Assembly: GCA_002633005.1 (NCBI GenBank)
Contig: NMRA01000212.1
Span: forward strand, 547,312-611,311
Direction of reading: 5' to 3'
Length of the DNA stretch: 64,000 nt
Source: Phoronis australis
Taxonomy: Eukaryota; Animalia; Phoronida
Below, piece after piece: positions 25,129-39,192 of the stretch (position 1 is the stretch's first letter; each line of letters starts with the position of its first letter). The position numbers and the translations under genes were made by a program. The notes under the pieces are model-generated. The model searched no databases, was not told the origin of the DNA, and saw nothing but the letters and a program-made list of their open reading frames with translations.

Positions 25129-28100
25129 GTAAGTGTGTTGTTAAGATTATAAGGACCCTAAAAATATTAAATTTGTCTGATTTCGATACATCGTTTCTCG
25201 GAAATTGCTGATCAGATTCAATTGTAACTTTCAGGTAATACGTACTCTTAATGCATTGTTCTCCAATAAGTTGTTAGTTTTAGGGTTTTTGTTTTTACAA
25301 TGTTCCACTTTTCCATGAGGGATTAACAGAAATGGTACATTTGTGATTTTTATGAAGGAAACAAAACTTTATTTTAGAAAATAGCATTTTTCATGAGCGG
25401 CGCAGCCCTCGAGCCCCCTGTGATGCTCCGCCTTTGGGACCTGCACAGAAAAAGTGGGGCTGTAGCCCCCCCCCCAGCTGCCTATGGTGCGCCGCCCATG
25501 TTTTTGAGGTTTCATCTTCAGCATTTGTAAGAACAAATTAACTTTGGCCATGTTATTGATTATAATGTACATTTTGTTTTTGCTAAATTTTACCAAAAAG
25601 ATACCGTTTTCCCATCATGACGGCTAATTCTGTTTAAAAGCAAAAATTACTGGCAATAACAAAAGAATGGTGTAGCTACCTTACAAATTCTCCTGTTAAT
25701 TCCCATTTTTGGTCGTCGGGGAAGACTACTCTGACGGCAAATTTGGCTTCAGGCCATCTGTACTGACGGGAATTCTGTCTGAGTACTTTTGGTTTTTCCT
25801 TTAATGCTCAATTTTTGTCTCCTATGGTACCCTCCAGCAGAAATGAAATTCAATGGTTTAGTTTGCCAAATGTTCACGTAATGGTTTAACTTGCTATAGG
25901 AATTGGATGTCATATCCCAGTAATCTGAATATGCCATATCTGCCAAGTGTAACTGATTCGCAATCTGTATATATCATATGTGTTTAAAATATACTCAATT
26001 AATCTAATGTTGAAACAAGCTATTCACAGTTAAACTAACCTAGTTGGTGAAAAAAAGACTTCAAAATACAAGTTTCTATTTTCTTCCAATTGGAGACTCC
26101 AGTGCGTGATTGATAAAGCTGATGTTTAGAAGCCATAATTTCAAAAAACAATAATATTGAACAAGCTCTTGAAAAACACGCTTTCAGGCAAATCCAGAGG
26201 ACAAGGACACAACACCAACTGGTGGTTCTTATAATAACAGATTGAGTCTATTCCACTCGTCCTTTTTGTGTCAAAAACTATTACTCACAGTGTATTAAAA
26301 CAGTTTCACTATATTGTGAATGGTTTATAATCAATAGTTTCCTAAAATGAACATTTCTGAGCTGAAACCGGTAATCGCTACAATACTAAGTCCTCATTGT
26401 CATCCAATTTCAACCTTCCGAAACCCAGAAACGAAACTGGGAAAAGTCATTTTCCTGCAGCAAGCCCTATTTGTGGAACACTCTTGCTGCCGATGCCTAC
26501 TTTGCATCATCCTTGATAACCTTTAAAAGAATTATAAGAAATCGGTTTAACTTCATGTAGATGTGTTCTGTTTAGCAAACTTACATTCATTATCCCCAGA
26601 TCAGACTATTTTTTATTAATGTGTATATATGTGTATGTGTGTGTATGTAGTTGTGTATTCATGTGTATGTTTGTATTCATGTATGTATGTGTGTATTTAT
26701 ATATGTATGTTATACAGAATTTGTTTAACGCACACTTTTCATTGATCACAGTTTTTATTCCATTACGTTCGTACTTTCGGAACAAAACTCTACTCTCAAC
26801 TGAACATAGATACAATAACTGACCTAGTGACATAATCGAAAGACACACGATATTTCGAAACATACTTGTTTCATTCTCAAGTGAAGGTAAAATGACGCAG
26901 TAATGCCACCACAGAGCATAAGCTGATGACACACCTAGTGAGACACGGCGGTTTGAAATACTGCAAAGAATGACTAATAAAGGGGGTTACAGGAAAGTCA
27001 CCCAAACAAGTGTAACGTGCCACGCGACCCTGTTTGCTGCTCATATGTATGTATGTATGCATGTATGTATGTATGCAGGTATGTAAGTGTATGTATGTAT
27101 TTATGTATAATGTGTGTATAAGTGTGCATGTGTATACATGCGTGTATGTATATGTTATATCTTACTTTTCTTAATTATTTATTGTCCGTTTTATTAAACA
27201 TTTATTTATATATTTTAGTAATCATTTTGTCTTACTTTTATTATCTTCTATTTATCATTTCTTATTTTGTTTCATCTGTCTTTCCATGTTTACTTCTTAT
27301 TCTTGGCGGATTATTTAAATATAATTGTCTTTCATTTTGTTATTCTGTTAGTTTGTCTTACCGTCTGACTATGTTTTTACTGAGGGCCCCCATGGAAAGT
27401 AGTGTGAACTGATAGGGATACCCTCATTGTAAATAAATGAATAAATAAATTCATTGGAAATTGAAAAGTCAGAGATTACTTCAAAGGGATTGATATTTTA
27501 GTTGGCGTTATTGAACCTGGATATTAAGAAATGGATGACAAAGGTTGCTTGCAAATCTACACCTACCCATAGACTGACCTGTGTATGAATGGTAAAATTC
27601 CCCAATTTCAGACAAAATAATCACCAAATTGTTTTTTCTTTTTTCAAAGACTTTGTTTGGTATGCCAATAAAATTTTCAAAGTATTGTCTGTTGGTAGAT
27701 GTGAATTGGTACGTGGAAAAATGTCAATTCGGTGGAAAATGATATTTTTATGAAATGATGAGAAAGTGAAATTTCACTTGTCTACCAAGGTGTCCTGAAT
27801 TAGCAAGATTTTACCTTTAAAGTCCTATAATTAATGCAAATATTGTTTGATGGTTGTAATGAATGTTCGGCACTTGTATGAAGGTTGTATCTCGGTGATG
27901 ATGCTAATTGTGCATTTTATAGGTGCGTCTCATCATCTTAAGTGTGTTTGGCACGGTTGATGTCGTTTGGGGTGTCGTCCTTGACATACACTACCACCGT
28001 AGAGGTAATTTGATCTTCAGAAGTGTGGGGACCTCTCCCGAATTACAGGCAGCATGCAAGTCTCTCTACTTCTTTGAAACCTGTCTTAAGCTTGATCTTC

Positions 28101-31100
28101 AACTGGAGGTAAGACGAGCAACTTTTCAGCCTTTTAAACTATGTGTACGCACTAATAAGTTTACTGTACGAGCAACTTCTCAGCCTCTTAAACTATGTGA
28201 ACACACTAATAAGTTTACAGTATATGGCTTTCTATTCACTTGACATATAATTATGACAATCGGAGCTTTTAGACATTGGTCCAAAAGCTGTGTATGATTT
28301 CTGATTCAGGCGATTGATGATCAGAGCAAAATTAGAGAAGATTATCTCATTCAACAAGTTGTATGCAACTCTTTAGCCTGAAAAGCCGGAACACCTGTCT
28401 CTTCATGTTTTCTATCATGGGGATGGAGTGGAGCTCATAGACACTATCAACATATACAATGTAGTCATGGAATATTGTAACTCAGCCTTCAGGATTGTGT
28501 GCAGTGAGCAGAAATCTATATTGCTTGCTATAGCAGCTGGGCAGCAACCCTCTTGTCCCCTGACTGAATACTCCCACACTTTTTCTACCTTCCATAAATT
28601 TGTTTATCAAGCTGATTTCGGGCTTAATATCCGGCTGTGTATTGTACAAACCAGCTCAGTTATTGCTTCCGCATAGCGAAACAGTGCAATTGGATTACTG
28701 GCTATCAGCCACCACTTGATCAGTGGTAAGGGGGGATAGAAGAGGTAATTCTGCAATGGAGATCAAAACAGAATGTGGCATCTTTAGTTTTGTGGTAGAA
28801 TCAGCCTTCCGTTGACCAAACAAGGAAGGGCGTCTGACTAAATCCTTATGTTTTATATACTTTTCTTTGTCAAAGCCCCCCCCCCATAAAAGTAGTGCCT
28901 GTCATATTGGTGGCAGGTGAATAAATTCAGGTAAATTTTTGATTGAAAAAGTAACAAAATCTGCTGCTTGTTCTTTGACTTGTGTCAGATCATGGCAGAT
29001 CACCACCTACACCTCTGAGCTGTGCTATTAAGTTAAACTTTTCTCTGACATTTATTTCAGTGTTCCCTACTGCTCTTGGTGCTGCAGACAGGAACCTTCA
29101 CTACTACTTTTCAGCAGATTATTCTTGGGATAGGATTCCCTTTCAGCATTATCTGGTTGATTCTTGGTTTTGTCACGGTTAGTACCTTTTACTTTCATTT
29201 GTTACCTGCCTTTGATTTTTAGATATCAGGATGGCATTACCTTCTTGATATTATGTTAAACATTTAATTTTTATGCGCCCACATATTTATAATTATGTGG
29301 ACGCATTATGCCATCTTCTTCTTCGTCCGCCGCCTGGCACCCACTGCTCTATCTCCAAAACTCCTAGACATGTGTTCATGAAATTTTGCTCATGTGTTCC
29401 TTCTGTGGATGGGACGGCATGAGTGAACTTTCGGATGGATCCGACAACGGGAGTGCCCCCTAGTGGCAATTTTAGTTTTTTACATTTACCTCTATCTTCA
29501 AAACTCCTGAACAGATTTTCATTAGGCACCTATTAGTGAGACAGAACTGTGTACCATACGCAGAAAATGTGGATTCGTACGGAAATCAAGCCTCCAGTAC
29601 GCAAGTATGCATGGCTGGCAGGCAAAAATACACAAATTCAGCAAATTCAAAAGAGATTATTAATTCGCTTTTTTCTCAATAAATACGCAAATTTGTATTA
29701 GAAACGGACGAGGAAGAAGACTTTAAAGTTCAAATTAAAAAAAATATTGTAAAATCATTATTTTAGCCAAGAAGTTGAGCTACAAACTCGAAAAAGTTGC
29801 TTCGCTTCATTCTCAAAATAGCCTGATAATCGGTGAATTGCGATTCCTCTTCTATCGGTATGTGTGTCACGTACAGGCCTAACCTACGACTTTTGGACGG
29901 ATCTGACTACTGGTGTACAACCACTGAAGTGGCAATTTTAGTTTTCTATGTTTGCCAGTCTGTATCTTCAAAAGTCTTCAACAAATTTTCATAAAATTTT
30001 GAATATAAGCATCTATTGACGAAATGATGCTATCCTGTTTTTGGATGGAATCGAGGTATTTTGCGCCACCTAGTGGCCATTTTTGCTGTTTTCAAATCTT
30101 GATTTTGTCATTCACCCCTCGATCAACCAAATCATTCTAGGTATGGTTTTGAAAATTCGCCTATAGTAGTATGTAGTATTTATTTATTATAGTGACAAGT
30201 ACAATTAAATCAAACAGTTATAGGTATAACATTCGTAAGAAAGATAAGTACCCAGCCCAGTTGGGCTTACTAGTGACTTTAACCACACAACTCAGATGTA
30301 GGCCTACCATAAATGCGTCGATTTCTAAGTTCAAAAGCAGACTTGATATATTTGGCAAATTACCTAGGGAAATACTGAAATAGCAGTTTTAACATATCTA
30401 ATCTACTGAAGTTTACAAAGTTCGGGATTTGAAGTGAAATATTATTAAACATAATAGACCTCCGCGAGTTAAAAAGAGAACAATCAAACACAAAATGTAG
30501 CTCATCCTCCACAGAACCAGAATCACAACACAAGCAAAGTCTTTCACTTACAGGAGTGTTTACATAACGACCAGTTTCCAAGTGCAGTGGGAGAATTTCT
30601 GAGCCAGAAGAGACCGCTCGGAACGAGATAAATTAATATTTACATGTGGCTCAGTTAAAAACTCGTGCTTAAATAAAATGTAGGTTCTTAACTTGGGTTT
30701 AGTTACTACAGATTCAGTCCAAGCATGTTTCGCATATTCAAATAGTTAGTTTCTAGCATCTATTATGTTACAAGTAGTCAAATTTTGGAAACAGGATTGC
30801 ATGCCAGTTATGTTAAGCAAATTTTTTATTCCGTCTATCCAACCCTTTCTACCAACAGAGTAGTCTCATGGAAATACCTTTTCAGTAACCTATCACCACC
30901 GGTGGTTACTAGTTTTTTTCAAAGACGCAGAATATTCAATTTAATTCCGGTGGAGTCCCTCCCATATCGCCACTAATAGCATGAGTGGCTGTAAATCGGT
31001 TGACCCCTAAATATAAACGCATCGCTCTGTTTTGGATATTTTCATCATTACCAAAATTTTTGTATCCCCAAAGAGATGAACCGTAATCCAAAATTGGTGC

Positions 31101-34100
31101 CACACAACAAATTAAATAATGTTTTAAACGTTTTGAATCCTAGTTTCTTGTTATCACAGAATGTTGAGCATATCTTCCCTAACGCTCTACCAGAAGCTTC
31201 AGATAACATATTCAAATTTTCTTTGAAGTCAAGGTGTTGATCCAGAATACAGCCTAAATATTTGTATAAGGATTTATAACTGATGACACTGTTCAAAATA
31301 AATTCAAAATTGCTTCTAGGCATAAACGTAGCTCGAAAATGGACAACATTAGTTTTTGCCATGTTCACAACCATTCTCCACTTTTTACACCTGTTGTTTA
31401 AAACCTTCAACATATCTTGCATGTCATTTTCATTCTCAGACAAAAGTGCAATATCGTCAGCATAAAGAAGCACTGAACATTGTTTGGGCCACATTGGACA
31501 CCTTTACCCAGTTTTTTAATATCCAGAGCTCAGTCATTTATATGTAATGCAAAGAGTGTCGGTGATATAACGTCCCCCTGATGGACACCATTTTCAGGAG
31601 TGAACCAACCACTATACAGAGTGCCATTTAATCGTATACAGTTCAACAGACTTGTGTAAATCATATGAATTGCATCATACATTCTACCATTAATATTATT
31701 TTACAGTAATTTATAAAACAGAAGTTCATGGTTTGTCCAGTCAAAAGCTTTTTTCATGTCCACAAATGTCACAAATGTGGAAAGGTTAGACGACTTTCTT
31801 GTTTGAATAATTGATTATGGGACATATAAGTGATCAATGTTTTCAGTGTGAAGAGGACGTTTGATGGTGGTGACTGACTACTGTGGCGCCTCCTAGTGGT
31901 AGTTTTGTTTTGTTTTTTGCCCATAGCTGTATCTCCAAAACCCACTGCAGGATCTTTATTAAATTCAGTAAGTGAATTTATATGAAAATAAGAGACGACG
32001 ACTTTCAGGTGGATCGAACGGACGTTGTGCCCACAAGTGGCAATTTCATTTTGTTTGTTTTCCTTTGTTTCTCTGAAGTTCCTTCGACAGATTGTTACGA
32101 AATACGGCATGTTCCCATTTTTGGCTGGATACGTTTTTGTGCCATCTAGTGGCCATTTTTACGATACAAATAAATAACCCTAAAAGCACACCATTTGCGA
32201 TGCATTCATGGGTGCAATTCAATGCTCCGCGTTGCTCTTGTTGAAGTGGCTATAAACTGCTTTCTTTCAAAAAATATTTTGATTTAGACCAGTTATCATT
32301 TTAAAATTGGTCTCAAATTGTTTCCTAGATGTCAAGTATTAAAAGAAAATGCTTTTCTGCATTCAGGCTCTGTATCATAGCTTCCATCAAATGATTTTTT
32401 TGAGAAAAATTTAAGTATTCATAACTGCGAGTCCTTGAATTGAAAAAATTATAGTTTGGCAATTGTTCGTTTGAATTTGGTGCAATTTTATCTCAGGCAG
32501 AGATTCCAACTGAAGACTTGAGCAAAATATAGAAACCATTGCTCAAGGACGGAAAATTTTAGTTTTTGTCTCTGAAAAGAAGCATTTTCCCTTATTTCCT
32601 GGTAAATTTGCTTGTATTTCATTCAACATGATTTATTCAAATGGTGTGTATTTACTAAGTAAATTTAGGTATAGGTGTTTGTAGCAGCACTGTGAACCGT
32701 AGTTTGTATTACCAGGTCAGAAGACACAACTACTTTGCGAAATTGAACGATAACTTGGTGCTTTTGTAGTAGTTATTTAAAAAATCTGAAATTTGAGAAT
32801 AAATAAATTTGGTCTCATAATGTTCCTTACAGTGATGGGGTTCTATTGCCTTAACATTACCGACTCAAGTCACCGGCAATGCACCATTCTTGATTTTGCA
32901 ATTTTCAGTTATGGTTGACAAGCATTTTCTTAGAGTTGTTGATAGTTTTAATGTTCTTGTTAGTAAAAGAAATAGAACCCCGCTGCAGTAAGGAATGTTA
33001 CAAAACCATTTTCATGAGTGTTAAAGGCCCAATTCAGTTTTCATTTTTAGCTAGACAGGGCGAAATGCATCTTTGGATAATTGTCCTTTCTGTAAAATTT
33101 ATAATTTCATGGTATAGTGTTCATTGATTGGACTGCCCGAAATTTATTTCAAATGTTAATTGGACCATTTTGAGTGTGATTTTTTTCCGGTGACTTTTTG
33201 TCAATGATCTGGCTACTAACTTACCACAGATCCTCATCAGCATTGAAATTCATTTACCCAGTAACTGTTTTAACTGAAGTATTTTATGTGAATAATCCTT
33301 TCTAACAGGTTCGAATGGAACAGAAGATTGCATTGATTGTGTTCTTGGCAGCCTCCTGGTGTGAACCAGCTTACATTATCTACATCATTGTCAAGGTAAA
33401 TTAAAATGCAGTGTTATGGTTTATATCAATCTAAGCACAGGTGCCAAGGCCAGGTAAAAAAATGTTTACTGTCTGGGGCTCGTGCAGAAATTGGCACGGT
33501 GGGCACTTTTTATTTATTATGTTTTTTATTTGATGATGTCACCAGGTGTGGTCTCCCAGACCCTCTTGGTGAAGTCTGTCATTTGGGCCTGCATCCTCTG
33601 TAAGACTTTTCAATCATATACGTGGACATTAGCCTCCCCCAGTGTAATAGAAATCTTGACTACAAGAAACTTTGAGCTTGACCTTGGAAAGGTTTCATAA
33701 AATGCAAGTAGAAGGCTGTTTAATCTAGACAGCATTACCACATGTGTGGGTCTTACTTATTTCAGTTTCACATGCCATGAACACATCCACTACCACAAGA
33801 AACTGTAGGAACACTGCATTTATCCACCTTTACTCTTATCAGGCTTCTATTGTGAGTCGGCATGCGTGAAAAAATGGCTGATAAGCCACCTATGGAACTA
33901 CTTTTGGCTGAATGGATGACCAGGCCATAAAATGATAATTAGCCAAGACCAGTTAAATAATGCTACAAAACACGTGATTGTTATGTTCCTGAAGTACAAA
34001 AATTAAGAAACTTTAGCATGCCGTTATTATTGACAGGGACACGATAAAACGAATTTGGATTTTGACTATAGTCTTGATACAGCGAGCTGGCTGACCACTG

Positions 34101-37100
34101 CGTCAGACTGTCTCCGTTAGACCCAGAAATTTCACACATCCCGGGTAGTTCACCTCGTCCCCAACATGTAGATCGAGCCTTGGACTATTAATACTCCACG
34201 GTAGAGCTAACGACCATCGGCCTGTGCACACAAAATCTGAGTTAACCAGCACTCACCTTGCACATTGCATCCGTTTAAGTGAAAAACAATCTAGTAAACG
34301 CCATTTTCTTGCATAATCCTCCGCCTTTTGTAACAAAAAAGTCTGTCGTCGATGACCCGCACACGGACGCTCACTCACTCTCATACGCAGACGAACTTCA
34401 AAACAAACGTCATGTGACAACAACATGTGTGTTCATCCAGAAATTTTTCTCGTGTTGTGGGGTACGATGTAGCGCAGATTTGGACTTAATCGCAATTAAT
34501 CTGGACTCCTCATAAACTTAAAAAATTGTAAAACATAAGGAGGATTTCAGGTAATTTGTTAAGTCGAAACTATATTTTTATTCAAGAGTTCAAGTTTTCC
34601 TATTGACGATCGCGATTCAGCAATGCATCAGTCGGCAAGTTTTCGCCCTGTGATGAGCACAATTTTTTTGAAAAATTATCGTAATTTAATTAACAACGGA
34701 AGTTGATAGCAATGCACCACAATTTTGTACAAAGACTGTCATAGGCTACAAATACGTCACAGAGCATAAATTTGATGAATCCTAGCTTCCGATTTTACCC
34801 GTTTGGGAAACCGGGTTTCAACTGCCGTAGGCCAATAAGCGTCCCCTCCTCGTGAAATGAATTTTTCTAAGCGTTTATTAGAGCCAATGCAGTATACAGC
34901 TTTCCACCTATGCTAGGTGATGCTATGACATTATTCTTTGTTGCATTAGTAACTGGTCTTGGCTAATTATCATTTTATGGCCTGGTCATCCATTCAGCCA
35001 AAAGTAGTTCCAGAGGTGGCTTATCAGCCAATTATTCACGCATGCTGACTCACAATAGAAGCCTGATAAGAATGAAGGTGGATAAATGCTGTGTTCCTGC
35101 AGTTTCTTGTGGTAGTGCATTTGTTCACGACATGATAAAAATGAAAGTTAATTTATAACATATTTGATCTTAAACCAATAGCATTTCTGAATTCCTTGTA
35201 GAATATAAATATAAAACAACAAGAATGGATCAACTGAAATTTTTGGATGTAATAATGTCCTTTGTCAACAGAAACAGAATTCCTCGTCAAATGCTGATAA
35301 TGTTCCGTTTTTGAATCGCCAAAATCGCCCAACTACAACAGAAGTTAAGACAATCTATTCCGTCCTAACGGATGCACTGGATTTGACTGTGTTCATACGC
35401 ATTCCGTAATAGCGTGCAACTACCATACGTTTCCTTTAAAGCCTGGGAGATAATTGGCCTGCTTGTTACCATACGGGACAAAAGACTGAGCTGGGCAGTT
35501 AGCAAAAGAGCCAGATGTTATCGCTTGTTCAGCACCCCTCACGGCTAGAAAAGTTACTGAACGACAGAACGCTGTTATGTATTGGCATTTTGCTGTCAGT
35601 TTGAGTTAACCTAAAACTGCTGGCATTTTCACCAACACTTTTGTAGCCTAGCTGGCCTCTCATTTCGCAGGACACACAATAGCGCAAGGGTAAGAGGCCT
35701 TTGTTTATCATCGCATTAATCCGCGGCAGAGAGTGAACATGTTTCGACATCAGTCTTTGTATAAAGCGATTTTGGTGGTGAGGAAACAAACTAATTGCTG
35801 GTGGAGCACAGCTCATCAATTTTGATAAAATGGCAGTGTTTCTTAAATATTTTAGCCAGTGAAAGTGCTAACTTATTCTCTACTAAATTGAACGTAGTGT
35901 AAGTATCACCTGTCGTTTCAGTGTGCACAGAATGCCTCTACGCTGGGCGTAGCTACTTACGTTTGCTCTTTGTTTGGTGTCATTATACGAGCCTTGGTAA
36001 TTGTCTGGATGATTAAAGTTTACAAGAACTTTGGCATGGGATTGAAGGAAAAAGGTAATGGAGTTGGTTCAAGTTTATGGGGCTATTTGCCTGTGAATCC
36101 TAGCTGTCTCTTGCACCAACTCTCTAGTTGGATGTGGGGTTTGCATTAGGTTTATTTTCGGACTGCCTTCTTTGAATCTGATGGTCCCAGATGAAAATCT
36201 CCTTTGTGCTGGAGGTAGGAAAACGTGTAGTTTATTCAACATCATACCATCAAAAATTGCAGCCCACAGGACTTCAGGTCAATGCAGTCGAGAAACACTT
36301 GAAATGTGCAGGCCACCAACAAATAACACGAAAAACTCCAATGGTGCAAAACCGAGTCTAGCGAAATGTTTGATAAAATGCTGCAGCATTGTAGGTAAAT
36401 AACACGAGATTCAAGTGTTGCTGTGTAATATGGGGCCCTATGGGTCCTATGTTGGCTCTACTGATTTCATAAAGTAATTAGAGATTCCATCGGTTATTAC
36501 ATGGGTATATGTCAATGTATTTAATCAGTAAGCAAGTACAATTATGCTAATTACCCGGCGAAAAACCTATAGTTAACAGCCCACGAAAACCTTAATTAGT
36601 TACTTGGTTTCAGAGAAATGAATATTAAACATTTATTGGGCAATAGCGGCTACTCAAAGCTCAAAACTCCTATGATGTATAAAGACCATTTTCATTCCAA
36701 AAAGTGAATTTGATCCAGTAATGTTGTTCCTAAATCTTTAAATGATACAGTTATTGTCATTTGTAGTAAGATTACATTTGTGGGACATCCCGGCTGTGGT
36801 ACAAAAGCTACAATTCATTTTGAACTGTGTAAGAAACATTCCTATGTTGCTCACATAACTAATTGAGTCATTTTGGCTCATCAGGTAGTTTGAACGCTCT
36901 GACTCTCTCTTTTCATTTTGATTTAAGTATTTTTGACTTTGTTGTTTAGATGTGACTTTGTGTTGCCCAAGTATTACATTGGGCAGTACTGTGAACATGC
37001 CGCGGCACCCCCAACACATTATTTGTTCAACCCCTTTTTCTATATCACATGCTATTACAGGCATCATTTATTATGCTCACCATTTTTGAATTATATAATT

Positions 37101-37751
37101 TATAAAAAATCTACTTGTTCAAACCTTGCCTTGTTTCTATGAGAACTGTTGTGGTAAATTGTTTTTGTTTTATGAAACTGAAGAGAAATATTTAATAAAT
37201 TATTAAATATTTATTACATATTATGAACAATTACCATTTATGTCTATTTTAATTTATAAACAGTGTACTTTGTTCATGTGCCTGATGCCTGAAGTACATG
37301 TAGACTCAGTGATGGTATTCAACACAAATAATCTTATCACTCAATGAAGCTTTTCCAATAATGTTAATAATATGGACCAGGATTATGCAGGTTTGATAAG
37401 ATTGGCAAATACAGTAATTCTCCACACATTTTGCACAATCATCTCATTTCACACACACAAAATAACTTGGATAAGTAAAGTTTTGTCCCTCACTTATTTC
37501 GCTTGAGGCTAGTAATGGTGAGAATTTCTTGTCTCGCCATATTCTCACAGGGTCAGTTTTGCAATCCTAGTAATGCACCCGTAACTGTCTTGATAAGGTT
37601 TGATCAAATGATACTCTTGACATTTGTAGCAGCTACACTACACATTATTTCAGTTGTTAAACAATATTAATTAAAATGAATGTTTTTTGTTTTTCCAGTT
37701 TTTCGTCAGCAACCTGAATTAACAACAGAAACTGAAGAGTCAGCTGGGTAG
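24980..37751 (+). CDS. Uncharacterised polytopic membrane protein, UPF0658/DUF7789-like; six exons (~241 aa), N-terminus not located
   Basis: Exons 24980-25128, 27923-28108, 29061-29177, 33309-33395, 35922-36054, 37699-37751 have GT-AG boundaries and join in phase. Several hydrophobic helices plus motifs YYVLHGVLSERPYEL, LIFRSVG, LKLDLQLE, EPAYIIY, NFGMGLKEK, which I recall as resembling the LKFD and NFGKGLK motifs of UPF0658-type proteins. Confidence 0.8.
25990..27430 (+). mobile_element. Highly degenerate L2/CR1-group LINE 3' end with microsatellite interruptions
   Basis: Broken frames read RYNTKS..NFNLPKPRNETGK and LWNTL..ASSLITFKR near 26375-26540; the 3' end gagggccccatggaaa...gggataccctc-(taaa)n is typical of this group. 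Confidence 0.5.
26620..27152. repeat. (TGTA)n-type microsatellite blocks at 26620-26712 and 27045-27152
   Basis: Directly visible. Confidence 0.85.
27923..28108 (+). CDS. Membrane protein exon (VRLIILSV...LKLDLQLE)
   Basis: ttatag acceptor, GAG|GTAAGA donor, 62 codons. Confidence 0.88.
28114..28221. repeat. 54-bp tandem duplication just inside an intron
   Basis: acgagcaactt.tcagcct.ttaaactatgtg... at 28114 and 28168. Confidence 0.85.
29061..29177 (+). CDS. Membrane protein exon (CSLLLLVL...IIWLILGFVT)
   Basis: tttcag acceptor, ACG|GTTAGT donor, 39 codons. Confidence 0.88.
29268..32242 (+). mobile_element. Helentron/DINE-like non-autonomous element hosting the LINE insertion
   Basis: Starts tttttatgcgcccacat...atgtggacgcat (short inverted pair), has internal subrepeats, a 3' subTIR-like catgggtgca and hairpin caatgctccgcgttg, then ctcttgtt. 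Confidence 0.6.
30170..31775 (-). mobile_element. 5'-truncated, disrupted LINE (RT plus C-terminal CCHC), nested in another repeat within an intron
   Basis: FVDMKKAFD, GVHQGDVISPTLF, LLYADDIALL, YKYLG, LHLETGRY..RLCLCC..VEDELHFVFDC; AATAAATAA tail near 30180. Confidence 0.88.
33309..33395 (+). CDS. Membrane protein exon (VRMEQK...EPAYIIYIIVK)
   Basis: taacag acceptor, AAG|GTAAAT donor, 29 codons. Confidence 0.88.
33758..35150. mobile_element. Non-autonomous DNA transposon with ~210-bp TIRs (intronic)
   Basis: 33760-33970 is a close reverse complement of 34937-35148; no ORF inside; exact termini and TSD unclear. Confidence 0.8.
35922..36054 (+). CDS. Membrane protein exon (CAQNAST...VYKNFGMGLKEK)
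   Basis: tttcag acceptor, AAG|GTAATG donor (phase 1). Confidence 0.88.
37699..37751 (+). CDS. Membrane protein terminal exon (VFRQQPELTTETEESAG*)
   Basis: Long pyrimidine tract plus ccag, phase matches, TAG at 37749-37751. Confidence 0.75.
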
Positions 37752-39186
37752 TTGATGTTTCAGTATTTTAACCTGGTGCGTCTTAACCAATTAACCACAT
37801 GACTAAATGCAGAACACCTTTCTTATTCACCCACCTTGACTATGTGCAATTTTTCTACAATTATGCTTTGCTCGGATGTAGAACTGAAGCATTACGATAT
37901 TAATTGTTAATGCCTAGATATTGTTGGAGTTCATCTCAAGAGTTGTTCGCTATGTCACTGAAAGATTATATATCAATGAAATTGTTTCCCCTAGCCCTGG
38001 CTAGTGATATCAGCAGCATAACCCCTGCTACCTACTTGACAACAAAAAGTAATTTTTGACAGACTGCAAGTGAAGTGTGCACAATATGCTTCCTGTACTG
38101 GGAGTGAAGATAAACTTGAGATCTTCTCCATGTTGTAACGGTCTCTACATTTTGGAATGCTGAAATTCAAGCAAATGTTGAATTTTCTCGATTCTGACAA
38201 TTGGGACATGGTCAGTTTTGGTAATCATCACGTTTCTCAAATATTGAAAACTCCCTTTTGTATGAACAAAGTCTGATAATAGACTTAGCAGAACTTAAAT
38301 TCATTGAAAATAGCTGGTGATGCAACATTTTCAGGGATCCCATCATGTGGAACATAAAAGTTAACGATCGTTTGACATTGGTATTAATTTTTGAATTTGA
38401 GATGACCAATATAGGCTACGTTTTATAAAATGTGGTTCATGCACCCAACCTCGAGCAAAATACTTTTTACTGTCCCAAAGTGGAGAATGTTTACCATTTA
38501 TAGTAATCATAATTTAGGCCTTTTTAAAAACTTTTTATTTTGGTATGTTTGACGTTGGTGTTGGAGAAATTATTGTGTACATTTTTTGATGAAATTGAGA
38601 GTCCAGTGTCACTTAATATACAAAATGACCATGGATAGCCCACCCGCATGTTTTGAAGTCAGTGTTTTTGACAACATAATTGTTTATCATAAATATGTAA
38701 TTGACAAATCTTTACCTTTGCTCGATACTCTTTTGATTTTATGTTGATTGTGTCTGTTTGAAAAATGTATTTTTATAACAAAATTGTTCCATTGTAACAC
38801 CTACGAAGTGGGTTGAAATGTTTTATGAATTTAAGGTATTTTAAAAATGATTTACATTTAGGGTTTGTATCATGTGTATGATGTGCTTATGTTAAGCTTT
38901 TCTTTGCTATCAAGTGTTTTCTGTTTAGCATAAACATGTTAGTGCCAACAATTTGAACACAGGCCATTTTGCAGATTGAAATTATCTTCTGAAACCAGCA
39001 TGTGAATATTGTGTATTTCTACCATTTTTTAAATGGTGAGAAGCCACGTACCAAAGCACGTGCAGTATTTGTCATGACACTCACCTCTTGGTTTAATGTG
39101 TTCAGCTACCCAATAGTAATTGAATCTTGAACAAGTCAGCAATATTTTTTTTGTACTATGTAGAGAATATGGGGAAGTTATAGAAA

Positions 39187-39192
39187 AATAAA
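39187..39192 (+). terminator. Candidate polyadenylation signal of the membrane-protein gene
   Basis: AATAAA in a block (AAAAATAAAGATTGTAC) identical in the paralogous copy at 197-202. Confidence 0.5.
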
